A DNA stretch of 63,909 bases, filler included, from Rozella allomycis CSF55 (GCA_000442015.1; 8 parts of 8 records of this genome joined end to end with filler, not necessarily neighbours in it), one strand, 5' to 3'. Counted from the whole stretch's first letter, positions 36,860 to 49,696 are shown. The notes: a model not told the origin generated them from the sequence alone. Made by a program: numbers and translations.

Positions 36860-37863
36860 ATGTCTAACGTTAAAGACACGGAGCTTTTGCGTGATATTTT
36901 ATCTGATAAAACCAGTAGTCCAATCTCAAAGCTTGAGTTTGTTAATTTTGCGCAAAGCGTCACATTAGATTTTGAGAATATTGCATATGTTGAAGCATGT
37001 ACCAGGTATATCATTAAATACCATGTATGGAAAAGCAAGATTGACGAGGATTATGCAAAAGTAATAAAAGGTTATATTAATGATAGATTTATGAGGGGGA
37101 AGAGAGGAATCCGTTGATGATTTTGGTTAATCAAAATTCCTCGACCAACAATGTAACCAGATCGCAGGGCAATTTATCTAAATCGATGAAGAGCATTGCC
37201 AATCTAGTTGTCGGAAAAAATGAGAATGTAGAAATTCCAGAAAATTTATTGAATTCTAGAGCGTTTGAAGAATGGTCAACTAGCGCCATGAAGCAAATAA
37301 TTAATGATTTCCTTGTGAATGGGTCGCCTAATGAATTGAATATAGATGGAAACATTAGTTCAGCGGTGAGAGAAGCGTTTGAGCATGGTGAATTAGATCC
37401 GAGCGTGTTGGACCCGTCGTTGAAGGCAGTTTTCAAAAACATTCTTGATAATACGTTAAGAAGATTTAAAAAGGAGCAGATGAGTACGAACATTGGAGAA
37501 GCCGATAGGAGGATTCGATTCATAGTAGGGATAACTGGATCATTGTTTTCTGTTTTAGGCCTTGTGTTGATATTTGCGCTACCGTCGTCGATATATTGGA
37601 TGCGATTGGGAATGTTGTTGCCATTAGGTACGATGTATGCGGGGTATATTCAATACCGGAACAAGTTTTGTGTGATGCATGGGGCCAAGAATACATTGTC
37701 GATGGCCAAGAGTGTGAAGGATATGGTGTATGTAAAAGTGAAAGATTCGTGTGTGATGGCTAGTCATAAAGAGATTACAAGAAAATTGAATTTTCAGATC
37801 TATTTTATGACACTAATGTCATTGATTATTGTGATGTTAATACCGCCCACTCCATGGTACTAG
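36860..37863 (+). CDS. RGS-domain protein with C-terminal TM helices (Rax1-like)
   Basis: LRDILSDKTSSPIS..EF..F...ENIAYVEA; IINDFLVNGSPNELNI...DPSVLDP; three hydrophobic segments; intron 37061-37086. Confidence 0.75.
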
Positions 37864-37871
37864 AATAAAGT

Positions 37872-38085
37872 TAATGATTTTTAATGATTTCTTTAAATAC
37901 TTCTTTTAATGATTTCTTTAAATGATTTCTTTAAATGATTTTTTAATGATTTCTTTATATAATTTCTTTAATATTTATATGATTTCTTTTAATGATTCCT
38001 TAATGATTTCTTTAAATTTTTCCTTATATGATTTATTTAACGATTCCATTTAAAAATTTATAATCATTTTTCTTTATTTCTTTAT
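37872..38085. repeat. AT-rich degenerate tandem array (AATGATTTCTTT-like, about 12-13 nt unit)
   Basis: Repeated atgatttcttt/atgattttt units filling the intergenic space. Confidence 0.75.
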
Positions 38086-38118
38086 TTCTTTACTCTCACA
38101 ATTTCTAAATTTTCAGGA

Positions 38119-41086
38119 ATGACCCTTGTAATGAGTGATAGCTGTTTTAGTATAATAAGCAGTAGCGAGGAAGCAGTTAGTGTGGAGAGAGTCAAGGAAG
38201 AGTTGGAGAAGGGGAGTGTTGAAGAGAAGATAAGTGTTATGAAGCGGGTGATAGTGAGTATGATGAATGGTGAGAATATGAGTGGGTTGTTGATGCATGT
38301 GATAAGATTTGTGATGCCGAACAGCAATAAGAATAAGATACTGAAGAAGCTGATGTTGATGTTTTATGAGATAACGCCCAAAGTTGATGGTGAGGGAAGG
38401 ATGCAACAGGAGTGGATATTAGCGTGTAATGCGCTTCAGAATGATTTGAAGCATGCGAATGAGTATGTGAGAGGAGCGACGTTGAGGTTTGTGAGCAAGT
38501 TGAAGCAGGTGGAGATATTGGAGCCGTTGATGCCTAATATAAGGCAGTGTTTGGTAAGATGATTGAAAGTGAGTGAAAAGGAACATAAAAATGCGTATGT
38601 GAGAAGGAATGCAGTGTATGCGTTGTATCGAGTGTATTGTGTGGAGAGGAGACTTGTGCCTGATGCGAGTGAGTTGATAGTGAGTTTTGTGAGGGGAGAG
38701 AGTGATAAGATGAGCAAGAGGAATGGATTTAATATGTTGGTTGAGATTGACAAGAGAGAGGCGATAAAGTATTTGTTGGAGAGTAGGGAAGAGATTAAGG
38801 GGTATGATAGTTTGATGCAGATGGCGATATTGGAGTTGATAAAGAAGGATGACGAAGCAGAGCAGGGAGAGAAGATGGTTTATATGAAGATATTGATAGA
38901 TTTGATATCGAGTGCGGGGTCATCAGCTGTGAGGTTTGATGCTGCGAATGTATTGTTGAGGTTGACGAGTAATGGTAGTGCAGTGAAGGAGATTGGACGG
39001 TTGTATGTAGAGTTGGCGATTAAAGAGGGCGACAATAATGTAAAGTTGATTGTGTTGAATAAATTTAAAGAATTGAAGGATAGATTTAAGAGTCAAGTTG
39101 AAGATTTGAGTGTTGAAATGATAAAGATAATTTCATGTAGTGATTTTGCGATTAAGAGTTTGACGATTGAAATAATATTGGATTTGTTGAATGGAAAGAA
39201 TGAGAAATATTTAGTTGATTATTTTAAGAAAGAATTATTTAAACGCGAACAAGAGCAAGATGAAAAGATTCAATTATTGTTTATGAAATCATTGAAAAAG
39301 ATAATAATGAAATTTCCAGAATCTATAAATAGAATTAAAGAAAATTTGAGTTTATTTTTAAAAGGAGAAATTGGAAAAGAAGTTTGTGAGATTTACAAGT
39401 TTATTTTGAGTGTTGAAAGAGATGAGCAAGTATTTAAAGAAATAAAGAAAATATTTGAAGAGATTAAAGATGCGATAATTTTAAGAAGAATATTTTGGTT
39501 ATTTGGAGAATTTGGGCGAAGTGAAGAGAATTTAGAGTTTTTGCTATCAAGAGTTGAGGGGGTTAAAATGTTAGAATTAGAAGGAGTTAAAAGAGACAGT
39601 GTAAATGATAACACACTTCAATCACCTCAGACTATGCAATCCCCTCAAACTATGCAATCCCCCATTAACTCTCCACAATCTCTGTTATCTCCACTGTCAC
39701 CAACTAGTTCATTGTTTACTGGTAATCCATTGGCTAGTTTGAATTCAATGCTACAACAAAATAATTTTCTTGTTTGTTCAATGGCCAATTGTTTAACAAA
39801 GATTTTCCTTTCTTTAAACTCAAATACTTCTAATACTTCTAATGGTTTGAATTCTCTCAAGGCAAGGGTTTTGTTGGTGTTGACAAGGTTGGCTGGTTTG
39901 GTTTCTGGAGATGATTATTCACTTTATTTGATAACATTTTATTTAAAAGTTATAATTTTGAATGATGAGAATTTAAATCAAATTATTTTAAATGAATCTT
40001 TAAATTCAATCAAAGAATTTTATTTGGAAAATTCAAAAAAATTAATGAAAAAAGATTTTAAATCTATTTCTATTGACAAGGGTATCAAATTTAGATTATT
40101 CAATCAAGAGAATGAGAAAGAGATCAATGAAGGAAATAGTTCAAATCTAATCTCTAATCTAACGTCTACTCTCTCGTCTAATCTCTCATCTACTCTCTCA
40201 TCTATTTCATTGTCTGGGTATTCAGATTTAGTTTATGTTGAAGGAATTATTTTGATTAATTTGTTTGAATTAACGTTGGATGTTCTTTTAGTGAATCAAT
40301 CGTCACACACACTGCAAAATGTTCTTTTGGAAATTTCTTCTGATTTAAAAATATCTGATAAACCTCAGCCACTCACATTAGCCCCTTTTTCTTTTAATTC
40401 TATAAAATTAAAAATTAAATTATCTTCCTGTGAATCTACTCTCATCCATTCTTCTCTCTCTTTTGATCTAAATGTAAATTCTGAAATCATCTTTTTAAAT
40501 CCAATCAAAATTGACATTTTAGAATTCCTCAAACCTGAAAGTATTTCCAGTGATCAATTCAGAGAATTCTGGAAGCAATTTGAATGGGAAAACAAAGTCA
40601 AAGTATCAAAAGTTAGATATGAGGGGGTTAAGGGAGAGGGAGTAGAGAAGGTGAAGGGAGATGGAGAGAAGGGTGGTGAAAGTGAGAAGGATGGTGAGAA
40701 TGTTACTAGTGTTTCTAATGTTACTAATGTTACTAGTGTTGCTAGTGTTACTAGTGTTCCAAGCAATGTCACGGTTAGTATCGTAACTACTGATCAAGGT
40801 AATTTGGTTTCTTTTAGCTTAAATAGAAAATCCATTACTAAGCTTCTTTAATGAGTTAATGAACAAGATGAAAATGTTTACAGTCAACGTTAGCTGCACT
40901 TCTGGAAATGATTCTCTCTCCTTTCTATCAGCCACCGCTTATTCAAAATCTATCTTTGGTGAAGACATTGTTCTCTCAATCTCTCTAGACTTGGAAAATT
41001 ACATCAATGGCCACATTCGAATCAGATGCAAATCTAGAGGCTTAGCTTTGGCTATCGGTGAGAAAATCTCTCTTCTTCTCAAATAA
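38119..41086 (+). CDS. SEC26: Coatomer subunit beta (beta-COP)
   Basis: LLMHVIRFVMP, NDLKHANEYVRGATLRF, AYVRRNAV, LSGYSDLVYVE, FREFWKQFEWENKV, AYSKSIFGED, GHIRIRCKSRGLALAIGEKI; introns 38554-38580 and about 40799-40826. Confidence 0.93.
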
Positions 41087-41315
41087 ACTATTAATGTTTG
41101 AAGTTTTAATTTTAATTTTGAAATTTATTAGAAGATATTAATTTATTATATTAGTAATTAATGAAATGCACAAGGTAATGGTAATCAGCAACTGCNGATC
41201 GACAATATCCAGCATTCCAAATCCCGAGATTACCCCTCGTCTATTGTAAATGTATCCGGTTTTTGCATGTTTCTAACTATTACACCCGCGTTGTGTTCCA
41301 TGGAAATATGGTGAN

Positions 41316-41847
41316 AACACTTACACTTTCATCTATTTCAATGTCAGCGGGAAAATTAAAATTTTGATCATTCTTGAAACAGCTCGAATGCAATGATAAT
41401 CTCCTATTAATAGATTCCACAGAACACGGCGAAAATTTGTGACTATTTTCACTCTCTCCTGAAACTACAGCATTCATAATAAATGATCCCCTTTCACACT
41501 CTCCAGAATCATGATCAGCTCCAAATGTATGTCCTATCTCATGCGCAAGTGTAGTCACTTCTCGTGAACGTGATATCTTGCCATGGCTCCCCTCATTCGT
41601 TACTACAATCGTATTCAATCCAATACTACTACACATCCCAGCCTTGCCACTAGCATCATCACCCAAATATGCTAATCCAAGCAACCCTCCATACGGTCTC
41701 GGACTCACCAAGATCATCAAACACGGCTTCCGGTCTGGAAACGTCTCATTAAACTTTGGCAATATCACATAATTATTAACAGACACCATTTTCAACATGT
41801 CCAATGCTTCATCTATCGTATTAAAGTTTTGAGATAACGTTGAATAA
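41316..41847 (-). CDS. Fragment of ADAM10/17-like (M12B reprolysin) zinc metalloprotease
   Basis: GLLGLAY, TLAHEIGHTFGADHD (HExxHxxGxxH), Met-turn FIMNA, FSPCS; bounded by N joins. Confidence 0.85.
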
Positions 41848-42279
41848 NGTCATATCATCATCATCAAACAGATTATCTGTTCATGTCTTAACTCAACCGC
41901 GTTCTGAGCATCAGTAGTGTTTTCTGAATTTTTGTCTGTCATCCTGTCTGTCATTTTTGACGTTATGCCCTGTACTACCTCTTTCGTTCTTCTTTNTATT
42001 ATCTGTTCATGTCTCAACTCAACCGCGTTCTGAGCTTCTCTGAATTCTTTTTTGCGCTGACCTCCTTCGTACTTTTTTTTCTTAGAGTGTCATCATTTTC
42101 TTTGACTCTAATGATACTCAATCCACGCTTTATCNAAAACTTTCAACTTTGGATGATCCACGCACGTAGTACAACGATCCTCGGATTTCTCATTGCAATT
42201 TGTCACACCGCAGGCGCAGATGTGACCTGATTGGAATCCACTAATTCTCGAATAGCTTGCTCTTGTACGTTTTGCCAAN

Positions 42280-43168
42280 AATATAGTTTTATGATTCTTC
42301 GGAGAATTCTACGGTAAAACGTTTCGGAGGATTTTTACGGGAAACGGGTGTGTCAAGCTCTTTTCTAAGAAAAATTAGCAACCTCCAATCGCCAGTCACC
42401 GACCATGCACTTGCTCACTTTCTTTTAAATATAAAAAAATAGTTAAAATAAAATAGAAAATATTTATTGTTATTTTTTATATTTAAAATAAAATAGAAAA
42501 CATTTATTGTCCTAATTCATTATGATTATATGTACTCAGCCTCAGTGGTTTAATCTTATGCCGTTGNCTTCTTTTTCTTGGAGTGCCATCATTTTCTTTG
42601 ACTCTATTGATACTCAATCCACCCTTTATCCCGCTAATATTAAATCCACCTCTCAGGTATTTCATTTTTGTATTTGTGAATTTTATATAGACAGTATAGT
42701 ATTATGATTTTTTGGAGAATCCTACGGTAAAACGTTAAACGTTTCGGACCAGGATCTTTACGGGAAACGGGTGTGTCAAGCTCCCCTTTACTCCTTTTCT
42801 AAGAAAAATTAGCAACCTCCAATCGCCAGTCACCGACCATGCACTTGCTCACTTTCTTTTAAATATAAAAAAATAGTTAAAATAAAATAGAAAATATTTA
42901 TTGTCATAGTTCATTATGATTATTTGTATCATTTCATTTCATTTCATTTCATTTCATTTTGTACTCAGCCTCAGTGGTTTAATCTTATGCCATTGAGGCG
43001 CATTATCTGNATATAGACAGTATAGTATTATGATTTTTTGGAGAATCCTACGGTAAAACGTTAAACGTTTCGGACCAGGATCTTTACGGGAAACGGGTGT
43101 GTCAAGCTCCCCTTTACTCCTTTTCTAAGAAAAATTAGCAACCTCCAATCGCCAGTCACCGACCATGC
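42280..43168. repeat. Three near-identical copies of a non-coding interspersed repeat (about 150-300 bp) with a (CATTT)n tract
   Basis: ggagaatcctacggtaaaacg...gggaaacgggtgtgtcaagctc...aatcgccagtcaccgaccatgca at about 42280, 42690, 43010, separated by N joins. Confidence 0.75.
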
Positions 43169-43818
43169 ANCTTGAATCTTGTCGATGATATTTGCCTTAT
43201 GCTGTTTGAGTATAGAAAGCACTTCTTTGTTATCCTCCTTGGCTGCTTCATCTTCTATTAATATCAACCAGTCAATTTATTCTTACTTTCGAGATGTATA
43301 ACCGAGTAGTTCTCTGACTTAAAAGCTACTTGGTCAGTAACTACTTATTATTCAAACTTTGATACTTACTTGCGTTTTTGATTCCGTTTAGCTTTTCAGA
43401 TTTTGTATATCCATCATCTTAACCCAGCTTTTGAAATTTGAATCCACTTTGGCTCTTTCCATAGACAGTATTGGCTAAACGGAATAAGTTCTTTGTCGTC
43501 ATCTTTGATCCTTGATTCAAATTTTCCCTTTAGCTTGCTATTTTCTGGTAGGTTGAGCCAACCTGTAAACATGTGTTCATTTTTGTTGACAGGAGTATTT
43601 TCTAAACACATGCTCATTTATTTGCTTTGATTGGAGTCAAAAAATATATTTCATAAGAAATATCGTCATTAATAAGAGATTTCACCATGGGTTTTAAAGC
43701 CTTTGGTTAATCAATTTGTATAAATTTAAGAAAAAATTAAAATTGATGACAATATTATAGATCGACTATATCCTGAAAGATTTTGAATATTGAAATATTT
43801 GATTCCTAACTTTAGTAT

Positions 43819-43983
43819 TTAATTCCTTGCTGTTTTATCCAACGGTTCCTGATAGAGCTTGTTCTGAATTTGTACAACGTTCAATTCATGTGAATACCAA
43901 AACATAAAACAATCTGCACCATTATTGTTTTTGGGAATCACGACAAAGGCAAGATCACGGTAAAAATCTTCATTATCAAACAA
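43819..43983 (-). pseudogene. Fragment with PD-(D/E)xK-like restriction-endonuclease motif (Crinkler REase-like)
   Basis: Manual translation FVVIPKNNNGADCFMFWYSHELNVVQIQNKLYQ; GAD...IQxK pattern. Confidence 0.4.
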
Positions 43984-44353
43984 NAATAGGCCTCTAGCAA
44001 AGTTTGTAAAAGTGAAACGAGCTTTTTATGTCCTCCCTTGATCATTTCGTTCAGGTCATAAGCGAACGAATTCAAAATCAATAAGCTGGTGGACAGCCTT
44101 AGTAATAGTTGGCACTGTAAGTTCGTCATGTGTTAATATCTTGTGGCGCAAGGGGCAATCAACATCAATGTGCAAAACGTCAAAGACAAAATCAAATGTG
44201 CGTTTCATGGATGAGGCAATATCTACAACTACATGGGTGGGCTGTACTGCTTCNNNNNNNNNNNNNNNNNNNNNNNNNNNNNNNNNNNNNNNNNNNNTTA
44301 ATTAATTAANNNNNNNNNNNNNNNNNNNNNNNNNNNNNNNNNNNNNNNNNNNN

Positions 44354-46627
44354 AAAGCCCGCATTTACTTTTCAACCAAGCACTCATTTTGCGTGGATGA
44401 CAGGAAATGGCATATACCAAGGCAAACTTTCTAGTGATTTTAATGCACTGCAAGAAAGTGCAGATAAGGGATTAATGATTGAGTCGCAATTGTTACCGTA
44501 AAAAAATTCAGCCATGGTATTAGATATCCAAATAATGAAATCCCTGCATCAATGGAATTATCTGAATTTCATATTTTACTGATTTATGAGAATGAATTAA
44601 AGGCGTTGAGCATTTTAAGCGGCCTTGAAGTGTTCCAGCATAGAGTAGATCACGTACGAATAATTCATTAATACAACGAGGAAATATTGAGAATAACATG
44701 TGATAATGTTAGCCGCACGTTTTGGTTATATTCAGATGCTAATCTTTACGAGGTATTGGTTCAAGATGAAGATAAATATGTATGGCAACATTATCTCCAA
44801 CGAAATCAATTTGAACAGGCCAAAAAATACGCAAAAGTAACCCTAAATAGGTAATAACAAAAAGAACGATGAGCAAAATGAAGAAGTTTTAAAAGTTCAA
44901 GGAGATTACTATTTTGAGAATGAACGGTATAACCTAGCAGCTTCATATTATGCACAAACAAACATTCCATTAGAAAAAATAGCTATTTTATTTTATGAAA
45001 AAGAACAAATTGAAGCCTTAAAAACTTTTGTCCTTTTAAAACTTGAAAATACATCGAAACATGAGCCTATTCAATTAACTCTTCTTTGTACTTGGGCAGT
45101 AGATTTATATCTTCAGTTATTGACGACCAATAAAGCAAAAAATAAAAGCGATGAAGAAAAATTCTGGCAAGAAGAATTGATGAAGTTTTTGAGTAGTGAA
45201 ATTTCAAAGACATATCTGCATCCTCAAACAACTCTTCAGCTACTAAAAAAACACGATTGCATCTCTCTTGTAAGTTTTTATCAATTAGAAATTCATGACT
45301 ATGATGGCTCCATTGAATTTTATTTAGAACACAATAAGATCAAAGATGCCTTAAAGGTTATCCAAGAACACGTAATTTGTTGATTTTGGATGATAAAGGG
45401 GAATGTTTTTCTATTTCAGAAACATGCACCTTTCTTTTTTAAATCCTCCCCTGTCGAATTTGTTAATATTCTAATTAAACACAGCGAAGTTAACGTCAGA
45501 TCGATAATTCCAGCAACTTTGTTATACGAGGAAAAATCAAATGAGATTAATCAAGTTGTGAGATATTTGGAATTTTGTGTTATTAATCTTCAGAATGTTG
45601 ACCCTATGGTTCATAATATCTTAATTAACCATTATTCTAAATTAAAAGATGAATCTGTCCTAATAAAATATCTTAAAAATTATCCCGCCTTTCATTTCGA
45701 CCTTCAATACGGTCTTCGATGCTGCTTACAAAATGGAAAAACATTCGCAAGTATTTTAATTTACGCTGCGCTTCATTTGTACGAAGAAGCTATAGAGCTA
45801 TCAATTCAAGTAAAAGTTTTCAGCTTTCATGTTCAAGTGTGACGATATTCTGCTCGCTAAAGTTTATGTAGAAAAAATTGGCGACGAGTCTATCAGGAAG
45901 AAACAATGGATGAAAATAATAAAATTCTTAATTTCAGAAAAGGGAGATTTAAAAATGTAACTTACACTTGCATCATACAAAGGGCTATTGAATTGGTCAA
46001 GGAAATTGAAATTGTTCAGTTCGAGGATATTCTCCCCCTTCTTCCAGATTTTGTTCTGATCGATGAAATAAAAGTAAAATTATCTCATAAAACGCTATTT
46101 AGGATGAATTGATTAGTGTATTGGAAAATTATGGTGAAAGAATTGACAACTTGGAAAGAGATATGGAATCAGCATCAAAAAATGCTGAAGCTATAAGGCT
46201 AGATATCCGAAAGCTTAAAAGAAAGTATATTTTAGTTTATTTAAATCAAAGACACATAACTATACCAATGGATTCCCTTTGTATGGAATGCGATGAACTC
46301 ATTAACATAAAAGAGTTCTTCGCTTTTCCTTGTCAACATTGCTTGCATACAGTTTGTTTAATTAATAAAGTACAAATTTTTGACTTTCTTAAAAGCTTAA
46401 AAAAGACTGGAGTACATTAAGAATGGCAAAGGTTGCCGAGCTATTAGGAAAATCAAACGAAGATGAGAATAGCAAAGTATGATAATTTATTTTTCTAAAT
46501 TCAGGAGCAGCTTATATCACTTGCTGCTAGTGAATGCCCATATTGTGGAGAATATATGATAAATCAAATCTATGAACCCTTGATCAACCCTCTGGACTAC
46601 GAATTAATACAATCTTGGGCAATATAA
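44354..46627 (+). CDS. VPS18: Vacuolar protein sorting Vps18/Pep3 (5' truncated), multi-exon
   Basis: FAWMTGNGIY, LSEFHILL, FWLYSD..LYEV.VQDEDKYVWQHYL, IEDILP-like FEDILPLLPDFVLIDE, RING FFAFPCQHCLH...ASECPYCGEYMI. Confidence 0.9.
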
Positions 46628-46661
46628 TCGCAAATAAATATTTATTGATAATTTATTATCT

Positions 46662-47795
46662 TTATCTTTTGCTATATTTGACAACTATTTTGGCATGTTC
46701 AGATTTGCCATTTATTTCAAAGAATGATAAAACTTGTTCAAGTGGTCCAGAGTAATGCTTGGACAAAAATCTTAAAGTATTAAAATCTTTATGATTGATG
46801 GTCCATTCAAAATGTTCAATCTTCAAGTCAAATTTATCTACAAGATCCCAAAAGAACACTAGGTTCTTGTCTAAATTATAATACACGCTTTTATCAAAAC
46901 AATCTTGCAAATTGTAATTTAATCCAAAACCAAGTATGAAAGCACTCATTCCAAAGCTTTGTCGATAAAATATCTTACTCGCTTGTACAAAGAATAAGAG
47001 CTCCAAAAGGCTCGACGTGTGAACTGAAGGTGGTATGTACTCTCTATAGCGACGTAATGCAGCCATCTTATAATCATCATAATCAATTATCCCAAAGCGT
47101 AGTATGTAATGAAATACATCATCTGAATCATATTCGATAGCTTCGACGGCCATTGAGGCGAATTCCGATTCATTGAACCGCTCTCTAATTTCCTTCAAGT
47201 TAGACAAATATAGATATAAATAGCCATTATTTTTTCGTATAATTTCTGACATTACTAACTTAACATTTTCCTTATTCGACATGAACTGTTTTAACCACAT
47301 CCAAGACTTTTCATATTGGTTCTCTTTTGATTGAAGCCAAATTTGAGCAATAGTAATCAAGTTCCCAAAAATTACGGCTTCTTTAATTATTTGATTAAAG
47401 TTAAGCATATCATGTTTTGTTGCCATATCAATCAACGCCAGCAACGCGTCACAATTCCCGCTGGAAAGAATGCACTTTCTAATTTTATCATTTCTAACCA
47501 TTCTTTGATATTCCAACACATCTTGTTCATTACTGGACCTTACGAGACACAAGAATTTGTTAGCACTGTAAGCTGTGTAGTCAATGCAATAAGCATTTTT
47601 GATTACGTTACAGGTTTTACTAAAAGAAACAGAATCAAGGGGATTTAGGAAAGAATATATCACCTGCAAGACTTCAATAGGAATCGAAACGATGGGGGAA
47701 CTAAAGTCCAAAGGGGACCTAGTTATGTTGACAGGTATACCATTAATAAAGAATTGTAAAAATAATGTCACAGAAAGGGGAATATTGAAGTGCAT
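46662..47795 (-). CDS. Signal peptide plus F-box-like protein, intronless
   Basis: MHFNIPLSVTLFLQFFING hydrophobic leader; IVSIPIEVLQVIYSFLNPLDSVSFSKTC F-box pattern; helical, degenerate ankyrin-like remainder. Confidence 0.7.
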   Translation of the reverse strand: MHFNIPLSVTLFLQFFINGIPVNITRSPLDFSSPIVSIPIEVLQVIYSFLNPLDSVSFSKTCNVIKNAYCIDYTAYSANKFLCLVRSSNEQDVLEYQRMVRNDKIRKCILSSGNCDALLALIDMATKHDMLNFNQIIKEAVIFGNLITIAQIWLQSKENQYEKSWMWLKQFMSNKENVKLVMSEIIRKNNGYLYLYLSNLKEIRERFNESEFASMAVEAIEYDSDDVFHYILRFGIIDYDDYKMAALRRYREYIPPSVHTSSLLELLFFVQASKIFYRQSFGMSAFILGFGLNYNLQDCFDKSVYYNLDKNLVFFWDLVDKFDLKIEHFEWTINHKDFNTLRFLSKHYSGPLEQVLSFFEINGKSEHAKIVVKYSKR

Positions 47796-47903
47796 GATTT
47801 CATGAATTTCACCGGGGCATATTAATTATCGTTTTGACAGTTAATCGTTACATTCACTGCCCGCAGAGACTGACAAGATCTGCTCGCAGAGGCTGTAACT
47901 TCA

Positions 47904-47950
47904 GCTCCCATAGCTCAGTTGGTTAGAGCGTCGTGCTAATAACGCGAAGG
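47904..47950 (+). tRNA. tRNA-Ile(AAT), 3' part lost at N join
   Basis: GCTCCCA-TAGCTCAGTTGGTTAGAGC-G-TCGTG-CTAATAA-CGCGA-AGG. Confidence 0.85.
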
Positions 47951-48467
47951 NTCCTTTTGTTTTTTCCACTTCAGACATACCAGATTTTTTAGATTTATTA
48001 GATTTATTTTTATTCTACTCCAAGACAATTCAAAAATGCGCGGTTGGTAAGGAAATTACGTGTAATGTCTAGAACATTATCATTTGATTCTTCAAAACAA
48101 TATAAATTTGTGTCATTGTTGTTCATCAAGGCAGGTATCGTAAATTTTTCTTCTTTTCTTGCGCTATTTTTTACAAAATTAAATTCTTTGGGGTGATAAT
48201 TCTTCCTCCTCATTAAATTCAAATAAGCCTGCTTGTCTTTTTCTTTCATTTCTTTCATTTTGCAATCCTTAATGTCCTTTAAAGTCACGCCTTTCTTTTC
48301 TGCCTCGTCATGTCCCCACCACTTTGGAGTACCATACAGTGGTGTTATGGGCTTTACTTTACCCAACNNNNNNNNNNNNNNNNNNNNNNNNNNNNNNNNN
48401 NNNNNNNNNNNTTAATTAATTAANNNNNNNNNNNNNNNNNNNNNNNNNNNNNNNNNNNNNNNNNNNN

Positions 48468-48742
48468 TTTTCTTTAAATTACTTTAAGATCTGGGTGACC
48501 TGATCGAAACACAGGCTTTAAGCGATCCCGATGAACAAGATCTTGCAATTCCTTCAAGGGAGACCAATTGATATGTTCCTAGTGGCATTTTCTTGGCGAT
48601 GAAGAATGGGCCTGTCCATGCCTTCTCAAATATTCTGGGAACTTGCACTTTCAAATAGACTAAACTTCTAGCGTCCAATGGCCTGAATAAATCTTGCAAA
48701 TTTCTATCATATTTTTCCTTCCTTTTAAATTAATGTTCATTA
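48468..48742 (-). mobile_element. Ty3/gypsy integrase C-terminal (GPF/Y) remnant
   Basis: VYLK...FEKAWTGPFFIAKKMPLGTYQL, then VHRDRLKP in a shifted frame. Confidence 0.65.
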
Positions 48743-48743
48743 N

Positions 48744-48835
48744 TTTATAGATTGCATAAGTTAATCCGTCATAACCAGGAGAAGAATCATCATTCAAAGA
48801 TCGTATCATAGAATCCATTTCTTCAAAAGTGACAC
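48744..48835 (-). mobile_element. Non-LTR (LINE) reverse transcriptase N-terminal remnant
   Basis: VTFEEMDSMIRSLNDDSSPGYDGLTYAIYK matches the S/APGPDG motif region. Confidence 0.65.
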
Positions 48836-48929
48836 GGTGCAACTTGGTTATAACTCACACACCTATAATTCACATTGTTTATATAAAAATCTATAATAAT
48901 GATTGTTATACTCAGTATTATTCTTTCTA

Positions 48930-49630
48930 AGTTGGACAGAAGGACAGTTGGACAGATAGACAGTTGGACAGTTGGGACAATTTGACAGTTGGACAGTAGG
49001 ACAGTTGGNGACTAAATCAGAAGTACAATTTGTAAAGGAACGAAAGATACACCTATTCGTCGCTTGTTCAATTGCACCTTGGGTGCAACTTGGTTATAAC
49101 TCACACACCTATAATTCACATTGTTTATATAAAAATCTATAATAATGATTGTTATACTCAGTATTATTCTTTCTAAGTTGGACAGAAGGACAGAAGGACA
49201 GTTGGACAGTTAGACAGTTGGACAGTTGGACAGTTGGACAGTAGGACAGTTGGACAGTTGGGACAATTTGACAGTTGGACAGTAGGACAGTTGGACAGTT
49301 GGACAGTTGGACAGTTAGACAGTTGGACAGTAGGAAAGTAGGACAGTTTGACAGTTGGACAGTTGGACAGTTGGGACAGTTGGACAGTTGGACAGATAGT
49401 TGCCATGGACACATGTTCATGCATAGCGCTTTTGCTTAAATTTACCGTTGCCCCTTATCCTTTCTCCCTAACCCTCTAACCCTAACGATAACAAGTAAAT
49501 TTATTTAATTAAGTTTTAATTTTCANAAGGACAGTTGGACAGGTAGACAGTTGGACAGTAGGACATTAGGACAGTTTGACATTTGGGACAGTTGGACAGT
49601 TGGGACAGTTGAACAGTTGGACAGATAGTT
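48930..49630. repeat. GGACAGTT octamer tandem arrays (three blocks: about 48930-49008, 49177-49401, 49527-49630) within a larger duplicated unit
   Basis: Direct 8-nt repeats; flanking unique sequence also repeated across N joins. Confidence 0.92.
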
Positions 49631-49696
49631 GCCATGGACACATGTTCATGCATAGCGCTTTTCCTTAAATTTACCGTTGCCCCCTTATCCTTTCCA

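Noticed and set aside
49109-49424. ORFs with CPTVQLSN repeats
   Set aside because: Translation of the GGACAGTT satellite
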